A stretch of DNA of 49,389 nucleotides from an uncultured Spirochaetales bacterium (GTDB taxonomy: Bacteria > Spirochaetota > Spirochaetia > Sphaerochaetales > Sphaerochaetaceae): positions 1 to 49,389 of the forward strand of contig CADCOT010000010.1 in assembly GCA_902803145.1 (NCBI GenBank), written 5' to 3'. This document shows, piece by piece, positions 35,836-44,238 of this stretch (position 1 is its first letter; each line of letters begins with the position of its first letter). The notes beneath the pieces are model-generated. The model was not told the DNA's origin. It was given only the letters and a program-made list of their open reading frames with translations, and did not search any database. Position numbers and translations under genes: made by a program.

Positions 35836-37092
35836 TCAGAATTTTTCCCTGTTAATCCAAAGTCCAAGAGCCGGATTCGGAATGTAGTAGATTACCTCTC
35901 CGTCAGGCATTGTATTGTAGCCGTAGGAAAGCTTTTCCGGATTGTAACGCTTTGCCATTTCATCGTAGTCCGCAGCTTTAAATCCTACACTCTCAATCTC
36001 TTTCTTGGATATGTTCTTAACCGCATAGGTAATTGAGAAACGGCCGTCAGAAGAACCGTGAATCAGGTGGGCTGCAACACCCATGTTGTCACGAAGGTCC
36101 TGATTCTCAGGAGCTTTGAACAGCTCAAGGGTGTGAAGTCTGCCATGGTAGCCGTACTTGCGGATAAGGGCATCGTTAATCGGGTCTTCACCAAAGTGCT
36201 CAACGCCGGGAGCAAGAATGATAAGTTCTCCACCGTCTGCAATGGCCATACGGGTTCTGTAGACAGCCTTGTTGCCAAGCCATGTGCTCTTAAATTCTCT
36301 ATCGTTAAGGTAGACAACGCACTTCTTGATTCCGTGGTCAACAAAGTCAATGTTCTTTTCCTGGCTCAAAGCAACGGCATCTTCAAGGCACTTTCTTGTG
36401 TTGCCAATGAAGACACCGTGGGTCTGAATCTTGTCATTAGGAGCTGTACATACAGTAAGAATGAACCATATGGGACGCTCTGAAAGGAAGGTCTTGAGTG
36501 CATAATCAAAAACAAGACGCACAGGAGTGAAATCCTTACCCATCATGCGTTCCATGCCGTAAACGGCACCGACCATATGGCTCTTGTTGATCATATCGGC
36601 ACCACCGGCGCCTACAAAGAGATTCTTTGCGTGGTTGGCCATACCAATGACTTCGTGGGGAACAACCTGACCGATTGAGACTACAAGGTCATAAGAAGGA
36701 TCCATGACAAGGCGGTTGACCTGGACATCAATGCTGTCCTTCCACAGACCTTCAGTTATTTCAGAAAGATAGCTGCCCGGGACCTCTCCCAAAGTTACTA
36801 CGTCCTTACGCCAGTTGTGACCTATGAAACGATCATGGGGAATGTCTCCGTACATGTCTGAAATCTGGGAATCTGTCATTGGAACATGGGTTCCCAGAGC
36901 TTCCAGAAGATCACAGCCAATTCCTTTTTCATCAAGGTAGTGATACATGATGTTTGCAATAAGCCCGGCGTTTGAAAAGCATCTGGTAAAGTCAGGAACT
37001 ATCAAAAGAACCTTTTTCAGCTTACCTTTTGCCAGTCTTTCATCAAGGAACGATACTACTTTCTCTTTAATCTGAAGGTCTGTCATTGCCAT
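35836..37092 (-). CDS. LarA-like (lactate racemase N-terminal domain / DUF2088 family) protein, putative 2-hydroxy-acid or sugar-acid racemase/epimerase
   Basis: By-eye alignment to LarA from memory. LLIVPDFTRC vs VIISSDHTRP; LGTHVPMT vs TGFHRPST; VVPHEV...HAKN...INKSHM vs ESHFF..GGRKS..MANHS; GGELIILAPGVEHFGED vs GGTIIMVAGARDGHGGE. TAATG overlap with the gnd stop. Confidence 0.55.
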   Translation of the reverse strand: MAMTDLQIKEKVVSFLDERLAKGKLKKVLLIVPDFTRCFSNAGLIANIMYHYLDEKGIGCDLLEALGTHVPMTDSQISDMYGDIPHDRFIGHNWRKDVVTLGEVPGSYLSEITEGLWKDSIDVQVNRLVMDPSYDLVVSIGQVVPHEVIGMANHAKNLFVGAGGADMINKSHMVGAVYGMERMMGKDFTPVRLVFDYALKTFLSERPIWFILTVCTAPNDKIQTHGVFIGNTRKCLEDAVALSQEKNIDFVDHGIKKCVVYLNDREFKSTWLGNKAVYRTRMAIADGGELIILAPGVEHFGEDPINDALIRKYGYHGRLHTLELFKAPENQDLRDNMGVAAHLIHGSSDGRFSITYAVKNISKKEIESVGFKAADYDEMAKRYNPEKLSYGYNTMPDGEVIYYIPNPALGLWINREKF

Positions 37093-38543
37093 TATGCGTT
37101 GTAGGTTGAAGCGCTTGTGCTTCCGCCTTCTCCTGTCCAGTTGGTATGGAAGAACTGACCGCGCGGAAGATCCACACGCTCATAGGTATGTGCTCCGAAG
37201 TAGTCTCTCTGTGCCTGAAGCAGGTTTGCAGGAAGACGCTCGGATGTGTAACCGTCAAAGTAGCTGAGAGCACTTGCAAATGCAGGTACGGGTACTCCGC
37301 TCAGAACTGCCTGGGCAACAACCTTTCTCCAAGACGGAACAAGTGAGTCAATTGTTGCTGAGAAGTAGTTGTCAAGCAGGAGGTTGGAAAGCTCGGGGTT
37401 AATGTCATAGGCTTCCTTGATCTTGCCAAGGAAAACGCTGCGGATAATACAACCGCCCCTCCACATGAGGGCGATTCCGCCGTAGTTGAGATTCCATCCG
37501 TATGTCTTTGCAGCAGTTCTCATAAGGGTGTAGCCCTGTGCATAAGAAATAATCTTTGAAGCATAAAGAGCGCGTCTGATGTCTTCAATGAACTCTTTCT
37601 TGTCGCCCTTGAACTGGGCTGCGTGCTTGTCTGTGAACTTCTTTGAAGCAAGAACTCTGTCTTCCTTCATTGCTGACAGACAGCGGCTGAAAACGCTTTC
37701 ACCAATCAGTGTAAGAGGAACACCTTCATCAAGTGCGGCAATTCCTGTCCACTTTCCTGTACCCTTCTGACCTGCTGTATCAAGAATCTTATCAACAAGA
37801 GGCTGGCCGTCTCTGTCTTTGAAGGAAAGGATATCTCTTGTAATTTCAATCAGATAGCTGTCAAGCTCTGTCTTGTTCCACTCGGCAAAGACTTCGTGCA
37901 TTTCATCTGCGCTCATGCCAAGAACATCCTTCATCAGGCTGTAAGCTTCACAGATAAGCTGCATGTCACCGTACTCAATTCCGTTGTGAACCATCTTTAC
38001 AAAGTGACCGGCACCGTTTTCACCAACCCAGTCACAGCACGGAGCTCCGTCTGCCTTTGCAGAAATTGACTGGAAGATAGGCTTAATGTACTGCCATGCT
38101 TCAGGGCTTCCGCCGGGCATGAGGGACGGTCCCTTAAGGGCACCCTCTTCTCCGCCTGAAACGCCTGTTCCAACATAGAGAAGACCTTTTTCTTCAACAT
38201 ACTTACAGCGTCTGATTGTATCAGGGAAGTGGCTGTTTCCGCCGTCAATGATAATATCGCCCGGCTCAAGAACTTCAAGAAGTTGGTCAATAAGGCTGTC
38301 AACTGCGCTTCCGGCCTTAACCATCATCATTACCTTTCTGGGTTTCTCAAGGTTTGAAGCAAGCTGCTTGAGAGTATGGCATCCGACAATGTTCTTGCCT
38401 TTTGCACGGCCGTTTACAAAGTTGTCAACTTTCTCAGTTGTGCGGTTGTAAACTGCGACTGTGAAGCCCTTAGACTCCATGTTCATTACAAGGTTCTCGC
38501 CCATTACGGCAAGTCCGATAAGTCCGATATCTGCTTTCTTCAT
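37092..38543 (-). CDS. gnd: 6-phosphogluconate dehydrogenase (decarboxylating)
   Basis: GLIGLAVMGENLVMN Rossmann N-terminus and full-length Gnd similarity (about 480 aa). ATG 38543 with SD GAGGTG is preferred over the GTG at 38552. Confidence 0.93.
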   Translation of the reverse strand: MKKADIGLIGLAVMGENLVMNMESKGFTVAVYNRTTEKVDNFVNGRAKGKNIVGCHTLKQLASNLEKPRKVMMMVKAGSAVDSLIDQLLEVLEPGDIIIDGGNSHFPDTIRRCKYVEEKGLLYVGTGVSGGEEGALKGPSLMPGGSPEAWQYIKPIFQSISAKADGAPCCDWVGENGAGHFVKMVHNGIEYGDMQLICEAYSLMKDVLGMSADEMHEVFAEWNKTELDSYLIEITRDILSFKDRDGQPLVDKILDTAGQKGTGKWTGIAALDEGVPLTLIGESVFSRCLSAMKEDRVLASKKFTDKHAAQFKGDKKEFIEDIRRALYASKIISYAQGYTLMRTAAKTYGWNLNYGGIALMWRGGCIIRSVFLGKIKEAYDINPELSNLLLDNYFSATIDSLVPSWRKVVAQAVLSGVPVPAFASALSYFDGYTSERLPANLLQAQRDYFGAHTYERVDLPRGQFFHTNWTGEGGSTSASTYNA

Positions 38544-38548
38544 ATTAA

Positions 38549-39625
38549 TCACCTCTTAACTCTTGCATTACCAGAGTAAATTGCCCACACCTGATCCTCA
38601 TCTGCAGGTGTGCCATAGTCATCATATACTGTTGTGGCAAGTACACCGGTTGCCCATGCAAACTGTATCCACTTGTCCTGCTCCCATCCGCGGAGAATAG
38701 CATAAAGAAGACCTGCTACAAAGCCGTCTCCGCCGCCGATTCTGTCAAGAACCTGGATTTCTCTGGGCTCTTCAACATACCACTTGTCTCCGACAAGAAC
38801 CAAAGCTCCCCACATGTGCTGGTTTGCATTCAGAACCTGTCTGAGTGTTGTTGCATAGACCTGTGCGTGGGGGAACTGCTTTCTGACTTCAAGAACCATA
38901 CCCTTGAATGCGTCAATCTTGGAAGCAATATCCTTTCCGCCTGCCTCAGGACCCTTGACGCCAAGAGCAAGCTGGAAGTCCTCTTCGTTACCAATCAGAA
39001 TGTCTGCATAGGATGCAATTTCTGTGAAGCTGGCTCTCAGTTCTTCTTCTCTGCCCTTCCAGAATGATGCTCTGAAGTTGAGGTCAAAGCTGATGAGAGT
39101 TCCGTGCTTCTTTGCTGCACGTGCAAGATCCAGACAGAACTGTGTTGTGTCTGCACTCATAGATGCAATAAGGCCGCTCAGATGGAGAATTCCGACTCCT
39201 TCCTTGCCAAAGATGCGTTCTGTGTCAAAGTCTTTGACGTTGAGGAAACGACCAACCTCACCGGCTCTGTCGTTCCATACTCTGGGTCCGCGCAGACCGT
39301 AACCGGAATCTGCAATATTGAACTGGTGTCTTACTCCCCACGGACCATCCTGCTTTACTTCGGGTCCTTCGTAATCAATATTTCTGAATCTGAGTTCACT
39401 CTTAATGAAATCAGCAATCGGAGAACCTGCTACAAAGGCTGTGAGGACCTTTGTCTTCAGTCCGAGTGCAGCGCTGACGTTAAGAACGTTGCTTTCTGCA
39501 CTTGTAGCCTGCATCTGATACATGCGGCTTGTGTGAACCGGCAGTCTGTCGGCCGGTGTAATTCTTACGCCCATACTTGTCGGACAGACAAGATGGTAAA
39601 GGCAGTTTTCCTTGACTTTAAGCAT
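38549..39625 (-). CDS. PfkB-family sugar kinase (2-dehydro-3-deoxygluconokinase-like)
   Basis: PfkB signature DRIGGGDGFVAGLLYA near the C-terminus and KdgK-like length. SD AAGGAG. Confidence 0.8.
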   Translation of the reverse strand: MLKVKENCLYHLVCPTSMGVRITPADRLPVHTSRMYQMQATSAESNVLNVSAALGLKTKVLTAFVAGSPIADFIKSELRFRNIDYEGPEVKQDGPWGVRHQFNIADSGYGLRGPRVWNDRAGEVGRFLNVKDFDTERIFGKEGVGILHLSGLIASMSADTTQFCLDLARAAKKHGTLISFDLNFRASFWKGREEELRASFTEIASYADILIGNEEDFQLALGVKGPEAGGKDIASKIDAFKGMVLEVRKQFPHAQVYATTLRQVLNANQHMWGALVLVGDKWYVEEPREIQVLDRIGGGDGFVAGLLYAILRGWEQDKWIQFAWATGVLATTVYDDYGTPADEDQVWAIYSGNARVKR

Positions 39626-39635
39626 TTATTTCTCC

Positions 39636-41234
39636 TTATCCGTTTACGGTTTCATGCAGTGTCTTTCTGACAGCCCCTTTTCCGGCCATCATCTTTGTGA
39701 AGTAATCAACAACCTGATCCTTAATGGGAGACTCCCAAAGGTTCAGACCGAAGATTACGGTATTTTCCATCAGAGGTTTGAGGTTCTTGTCAAACGGTCC
39801 CTTGTCTCCGAGCTTCAAGCCGGCAAGGTGTGCCTGTGAGCTTTCAAGAAGCGGATCCGGGCTAAGTTCAAATGCCTGACCGTTGTCATCTACGCCAAGG
39901 ATGTATCTCATCCATGAAGCAAATACCAGCGGGATGCACTTAAGGTTTTTAACATCAAGCTTGGGATTGTCCATGTACATCTTTACAGTCTCACCGAATC
40001 TGATTGCAAGCTTCTGGCTTGTGTCTGTTGCAATTCTCTGGGGAGTGTCGGGCATGAACGGATTGACCAAGCGGCGTTCTGTGACATCGTCAATGAACTT
40101 CTTGGGAGAGATGATTCCGGGGTCTGTTACAACCGGCATTCCCTCTACATAGCCAATGCGCTTAATGTAAGCAACAATGTCTGCATCTTTCATTTCATCT
40201 GAAATCTTTGTATAGCCCAGCATGCAGCCCATTACAGACATTGCAGTATGAAGCGGGTTCAGACATGTGCAGACCTTCATTCTCTCAACCTTGTTTACTG
40301 TCTCTCTGTCAGTCATGTAGATACCGGCCTTTTCAAGAGCAGGTCTTCCGTTGGGGAATGTATCTTCAATAACAAGATATTCACACTCTTCTGCGTTTAC
40401 AAACGGAGCAATGAATGTCTTCTTGTCTGTAATTACAAGGTCTGTGCTCTCAAAGCCTTTGCTCTGAAGGAGCTTCTTAACATCGTCATGAGGTCTGGGA
40501 GTAATCTTATCAATCATGCTCCAGGGGAAGGCAACCTTTGAAGGATCTGAAAGGTAGTCTACAAAGCCCTTGTCAACAAAACCCTTTGCAAGCCAGGCCT
40601 TTGCTACTTCCATAACACCGTTCTGAAGCTTTTCACCGTTGTGTGAGCAGTTGTCCATACTGACAAATGCAAACGGGAGCTTTCCTGCTTTGTATCTCTC
40701 AAATGCAAGAGCTGTAACCATGCAGATGATTGTTGTGCAGTTCTCAGGTCCTCTCTCAATGTCGGCCTGAACATAACCGGGGGCTGTTGCATAGCCCTTC
40801 TCTGTAATTGTGAAACTTACCATCTGAAGAGACGGATTGCGGAAAATCTTCTTCAAAGCAGCCCACTGTTCGGGAAGCTGTGTAGAAGTCTTATATGCCT
40901 GAGCTACTGAAGCAACAACCCTAAGGTCTACTGTTTCATCACTCTTAAGTGTTGCCATAAGGCAGAGGTTATCATACTTGTCATAGATATCATCAATAAT
41001 CTGATGGTCAAAACCTTCACCGACAACAATTCCTGTATCTGCTAGGCCCTGTTCAAGAAGGTCCTGCATTCTTGCAGCAGGAAAACCCCTGAAAATATTA
41101 CCTGCTCCGAAGTGAACCCATCTGCAGTTTTCTGCGGTGGCTTTTCTCATAGCCTGAATATCAAACTGAGGAAGCTTGATACCTGCTTTTTCCCATTGCT
41201 GTCTGTTCTTCAGATCTTCCAAACAAAGTTTCAC
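39636..41234 (-). CDS. Mannitol dehydrogenase family oxidoreductase (fructuronate/tagaturonate reductase-like)
   Basis: WVHFGAGNIFRGF dinucleotide-binding N-terminus and long-form (about 530 aa) architecture. The track start at 41255 is TTG. GTG 41234 with SD GGAGGA 6 nt upstream gives the typical MKLCLEDLKNR N-terminus. Confidence 0.85.
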   Translation of the reverse strand: MKLCLEDLKNRQQWEKAGIKLPQFDIQAMRKATAENCRWVHFGAGNIFRGFPAARMQDLLEQGLADTGIVVGEGFDHQIIDDIYDKYDNLCLMATLKSDETVDLRVVASVAQAYKTSTQLPEQWAALKKIFRNPSLQMVSFTITEKGYATAPGYVQADIERGPENCTTIICMVTALAFERYKAGKLPFAFVSMDNCSHNGEKLQNGVMEVAKAWLAKGFVDKGFVDYLSDPSKVAFPWSMIDKITPRPHDDVKKLLQSKGFESTDLVITDKKTFIAPFVNAEECEYLVIEDTFPNGRPALEKAGIYMTDRETVNKVERMKVCTCLNPLHTAMSVMGCMLGYTKISDEMKDADIVAYIKRIGYVEGMPVVTDPGIISPKKFIDDVTERRLVNPFMPDTPQRIATDTSQKLAIRFGETVKMYMDNPKLDVKNLKCIPLVFASWMRYILGVDDNGQAFELSPDPLLESSQAHLAGLKLGDKGPFDKNLKPLMENTVIFGLNLWESPIKDQVVDYFTKMMAGKGAVRKTLHETVNG

Positions 41235-41263
41235 TGTAAATCCTCCGTGTACCAAAAGACGTT

Positions 41264-41273
41264 ATTGTACAAT
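41264..41273 (-). promoter_or_regulatory. Perfect 10-bp palindrome ATTGTACAAT upstream of the sugar-acid operon (candidate operator)
   Basis: Read directly. It lies about 30 nt upstream of the GTG start. A partial repeat TTTGTAC is at about 41317-41323. Confidence 0.3.
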
Positions 41274-41336
41274 TTAGAGTATATTACGCGCGCACAGAGA
41301 TAAAAACGTTTATTATTTGTACTTTGCCGTATAAAT

Positions 41337-41363
41337 AAAAAAGCCCGAGACCAAACTCGGGCT
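41337..41363 (-). terminator. Rho-independent terminator after the 405-aa membrane protein gene
   Basis: Stem AGCCCGAG/CTCGGGCT (41342-41349 / 41356-41363) with a 6-nt loop, followed on the minus strand by TTTTTT. Confidence 0.8.
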
Positions 41364-41385
41364 TTATGGCAAATGTAATAATTGC

Positions 41386-42603
41386 TTACTGACTTACGCT
41401 TCCGATTAGAATCTGAAGGAACTTTTCTTCAAAGTTATTCTGGAAGACAGAGCTGTTCATAGCTTCTGTAACAAGGTCGTTCATAATGAACTGTCCTACG
41501 TAGTACGGATAAAGCTGTGCAGTGAAGCTTGTCCATGTTGTGTCTTTGTCTGTTGAAGTAACCTTAACAAAGACATAGCTTCCGTCAGCAGCCTTTACAG
41601 GAGCTGCAATGTAGCCTGCTTCAGCCTCATACAGTTCCTTTACAAGAGCCTCTGTAAGAACAGAAGCAAGATTACCCTTCTCATCTGCACTGTTAATTCC
41701 GTTCATTACAACAGAAGATTTACCAATGTTGTTTGAAACGTTTGTGAGTGAAACAACACCGTTTCCGTACTTTTCAGCAGCACCTGCAAAGTCTGACTTT
41801 GCAGCATCCTGAGCCTGAAGTGCCTTAACCTCAATGTAGGATGAGTAAAGACCTGCATCCTGTGAAAGCATGTAAGCCTTAATCTGCTCAAGTGTAGGCT
41901 CAACATCATTACCATCTGCGTCTTTTTCAACTGCCATACCTGAGCGGTCAAATGCAAGAGCTACATCGTCAGGAATGGCATTTGCACCGACAACAAAGTA
42001 GTCGACTGAAATTGTGTTCTCACTCAGAGAAGTTACAAAGTCAGTTTCCTGGGGACTTGTAAGTACTGTCTGCAGGTCTGTGTTGACAACGTAGTACGGG
42101 AAGATTTTCTTCAGGTAGTTGTATGTTGCACTTCTGTTTGCAGCAGCTGTTGCCTTGTAAACTTCTTCATCAAAGGTTGTGCTCTTATCTTCAGGAGCAT
42201 AAATGCCTGAATCAATAATAAGGCGGTTGACAAGTTCTGTAGGAGAAGAAACTCCGGCCTGCTTTGCCATATCTGCAAGAACACGGTAAATAACTTCATT
42301 CTGATAAGCCTGATACCAAGCTGAATACATTCCTGACCAATCACCTGAAAGGTAGGCTGACATGTAGTCAGAGTTGTTCACTGTATTGTAGAAAACAGAA
42401 CCGGCCTCATATCTGATAGGCTGTCCCTTGTAGTAACCGAAAACGTTGCTGTCATCATGGTCCTGCTGATACATGATAATCACGTAGGACAGTCCTCCGA
42501 CCATAAGGAGGGCAAGAACAGCAATAACAATGGTTGTACCTATTCGCTTGGCTGTCCAAGGTTCCTTTTTCTTGTTCTCTTTCAATTTCAGATCTTCTGC
42601 CAT
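41386..42603 (-). CDS. Membrane-anchored periplasmic protein, possibly a SurA-N/PpiD-like chaperone
   Basis: One N-terminal TM helix (IGTTIVIAVLALLMVGGLSYVII) followed by a soluble domain. The functional guess is weak. SD AAGAGG. Confidence 0.5.
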   Translation of the reverse strand: MAEDLKLKENKKKEPWTAKRIGTTIVIAVLALLMVGGLSYVIIMYQQDHDDSNVFGYYKGQPIRYEAGSVFYNTVNNSDYMSAYLSGDWSGMYSAWYQAYQNEVIYRVLADMAKQAGVSSPTELVNRLIIDSGIYAPEDKSTTFDEEVYKATAAANRSATYNYLKKIFPYYVVNTDLQTVLTSPQETDFVTSLSENTISVDYFVVGANAIPDDVALAFDRSGMAVEKDADGNDVEPTLEQIKAYMLSQDAGLYSSYIEVKALQAQDAAKSDFAGAAEKYGNGVVSLTNVSNNIGKSSVVMNGINSADEKGNLASVLTEALVKELYEAEAGYIAAPVKAADGSYVFVKVTSTDKDTTWTSFTAQLYPYYVGQFIMNDLVTEAMNSSVFQNNFEEKFLQILIGSVSQ

Positions 42604-42632
42604 TTAAAGACCTCTTGTAGTTTTAAGATTTT

Positions 42633-42705
42633 TCGGGCAGAGAGGATTTGAACCTCCGACTTTCTGGTCCCGAACCAGACGCGCTAGCCCCTGCGCTACT
42701 GCCCG
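42633..42705 (-). tRNA. tRNA-Pro (anticodon CGG)
   Basis: 73-nt cloverleaf: CGGGCAG TA GCGC AGGGGCTA GCGC G TCTGG TTCGGGA CCAGA AAGTC GGAGG TTCAAAT CCTCT CTGCCCG A. CCA is not encoded. Confidence 0.9.
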
Positions 42706-42719
42706 TAAACGCGTAAATT

Positions 42720-42748
42720 AGAATATGTTTTTATCAGTTGAGTGTCAA
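42720..42748 (-). promoter_or_regulatory. Sigma70-like promoter for tRNA-Pro (and probably the downstream 405-aa gene)
   Basis: On the minus strand, TTGACA (42748-42743), 17 nt, TATTCT (42725-42720). It lies 14 nt upstream of the tRNA 5' end. Confidence 0.55.
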
Positions 42749-42763
42749 TTACCGCACCTATTG

Positions 42764-42772
42764 TGTTATAGT
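42764..42772 (+). promoter_or_regulatory. Extended -10 element TGTTATAGT, possibly giving a leaderless mRNA
   Basis: TGnTATAGT ends 6 nt before the ATG at 42779. No SD is present. Confidence 0.35.
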
Positions 42773-42778
42773 ATCAAC

Positions 42779-43252
42779 ATGAGCTTCAAAGACTGGGATT
42801 CATATACACTCAGCTACCCTTCCGGAGGATGGTCAGTAACGGCACAGATTAGCCGCATTCCTTCATCTAGAATTTTCAGCATCAGGTTCACAGATAATTC
42901 CACTGGAAAAGAATGTGTGGCAGAGGAAAAAAGACTCAACTTCAAACTTGAAAAAGACTGGAAAGAAGACAGCTTTGTTGTCTTTTCAGGAGATCAGCTT
43001 CTTCTCAGTTTTATTCACAAGAACGGAAAGAGAAGCATAATTGCAAATGCGCCTGACCTAAATCTTCCTGACGGAAGAAAAGGTCTTACACTATACCTGA
43101 CGCTCAAAGGCGGCAAAACAACAGAGGAAGATGGTCCGATTGTAAGATGCACAGACATGAAAGCCTCAGGCGATATTCGTTTGGGACATGACACCCTGGA
43201 TTTGAAGGCAGACAACTGCACAGGGTGTTTTGAGTGGGGCCGTACAAAATAA
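42779..43252 (+). CDS. Hypothetical cytoplasmic protein (157 aa)
   Basis: ORF with an ATG at 42779 (MSFKDWDSYT). The track start at 42725 adds an implausible N-terminus that overlaps the promoter region. No recognisable motif. Confidence 0.55.
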   Translation: MSFKDWDSYTLSYPSGGWSVTAQISRIPSSRIFSIRFTDNSTGKECVAEEKRLNFKLEKDWKEDSFVVFSGDQLLLSFIHKNGKRSIIANAPDLNLPDGRKGLTLYLTLKGGKTTEEDGPIVRCTDMKASGDIRLGHDTLDLKADNCTGCFEWGRTK

Positions 43253-43270
43253 AAAGAAAGGAGAAAAACA

Positions 43271-43678
43271 ATGGCAGAAACACTTTTTACAAAAATTGCA
43301 AAGGGAGAAATTCCATCAGTAAAGATTTATGAAGACAATATTTGTTTTGCAATTCTTGACATTAATCCTATCGTGAAAGGACACTCATTGGTCATCTCCA
43401 AAGAGCCCTATCCTAACATGGCAGAAACTCCCGAAAGTGTTCTTGAGCATATGATTCTTGTTGCAAGAAAAGTTGACGGAAAACTCAGAGAGCAGCTTCA
43501 CTGCGACGGAACAAACGTTCTTATCAACAACGACAAGGCATCCGGACAAGAAATACCCCATCTGCACTTCCATGTAATTCCCAGATTCAAAGATGACGGC
43601 AGACGTTTCGGTTTTGAACACGACAAGTATGAAGACGGTGAAATGGCAGAGATGGGCAGGAGGCTCCTCTTAAAGTGA
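43271..43678 (+). CDS. HIT-family (histidine triad) nucleotide hydrolase/transferase
   Basis: Histidine triad HLHFHVIPR. SD AAAGGAG. Confidence 0.9.
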   Translation: MAETLFTKIAKGEIPSVKIYEDNICFAILDINPIVKGHSLVISKEPYPNMAETPESVLEHMILVARKVDGKLREQLHCDGTNVLINNDKASGQEIPHLHFHVIPRFKDDGRRFGFEHDKYEDGEMAEMGRRLLLK

Positions 43679-43947
43679 ACTGTCCCTACTGCAATACCCG
43701 TGTTGACGGTATCTATTACTCAACAACCTGTCCCAAATGCGGAAAAGCCCTGCATACATGCGTTGCATGCAAGTTTTACTCTCCCCAATCCCATTACGGT
43801 TGCAGAGAAAATGTTGACGAACTTGTCCAGGACAAGATGAGGCAGAATTTCTGCGACAGTTTTTCACTTACTGATAAGAAGATTGAGAACTCAGACTCAG
43901 AGCAAAAGAAAGCAATAGACGCCTTCAACAGTTTCTTCAATATCTGA
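43675..43947 (+). CDS. Small Cys-rich zinc-ribbon protein (90 aa)
   Basis: CPYC..(12)..CPKC then C..C...(8)..C pattern. GTG start in a GTGA overlap with the HIT stop. Confidence 0.55.
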   Translation: MNCPYCNTRVDGIYYSTTCPKCGKALHTCVACKFYSPQSHYGCRENVDELVQDKMRQNFCDSFSLTDKKIENSDSEQKKAIDAFNSFFNI

Positions 43948-43958
43948 AAACTGCGCCT

Positions 43959-44228
43959 TCAGTCGTACATCTGTGAAAGAATTTTTCTGAATGCAGAATC
44001 ATCCTGCTTGAGGATTCTGGATCCGCGAGTAATTTTGCACAGACTTATCTCCATGTCATGCGCAATCTTACGCTGGGTTGTTCCTTTGTACAGTTCTTTA
44101 AGAAGATACCAGCGCTTTGCAATATCCTCACGCTCTGCGGGAGTAAGAAGTTCTTCCAGAAGTTTGCGCATGTTTGCCTTATCAGTCTCTGCTGCAAAAA
44201 TCTCTACAAGTTCACTCAGATTATCCAC
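43959..44228 (-). CDS. TrpR-like YerC/YecD-family DNA-binding protein
   Basis: LLTPAEREDIAKRW.L...L..G.TQR.IA....IS...ITRGSR.LK signature. GTG 44228 with SD GAGGAGG is preferred over the TTG at 44255. Confidence 0.8.
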   Translation of the reverse strand: MDNLSELVEIFAAETDKANMRKLLEELLTPAEREDIAKRWYLLKELYKGTTQRKIAHDMEISLCKITRGSRILKQDDSAFRKILSQMYD

Positions 44229-44238
44229 CTTTTCCTCC

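Noticed and set aside
39104-39670. 188-aa plus-strand ORF
   Set aside because: Antisense to the PfkB kinase gene, with no SD or motifs. Shadow ORF.
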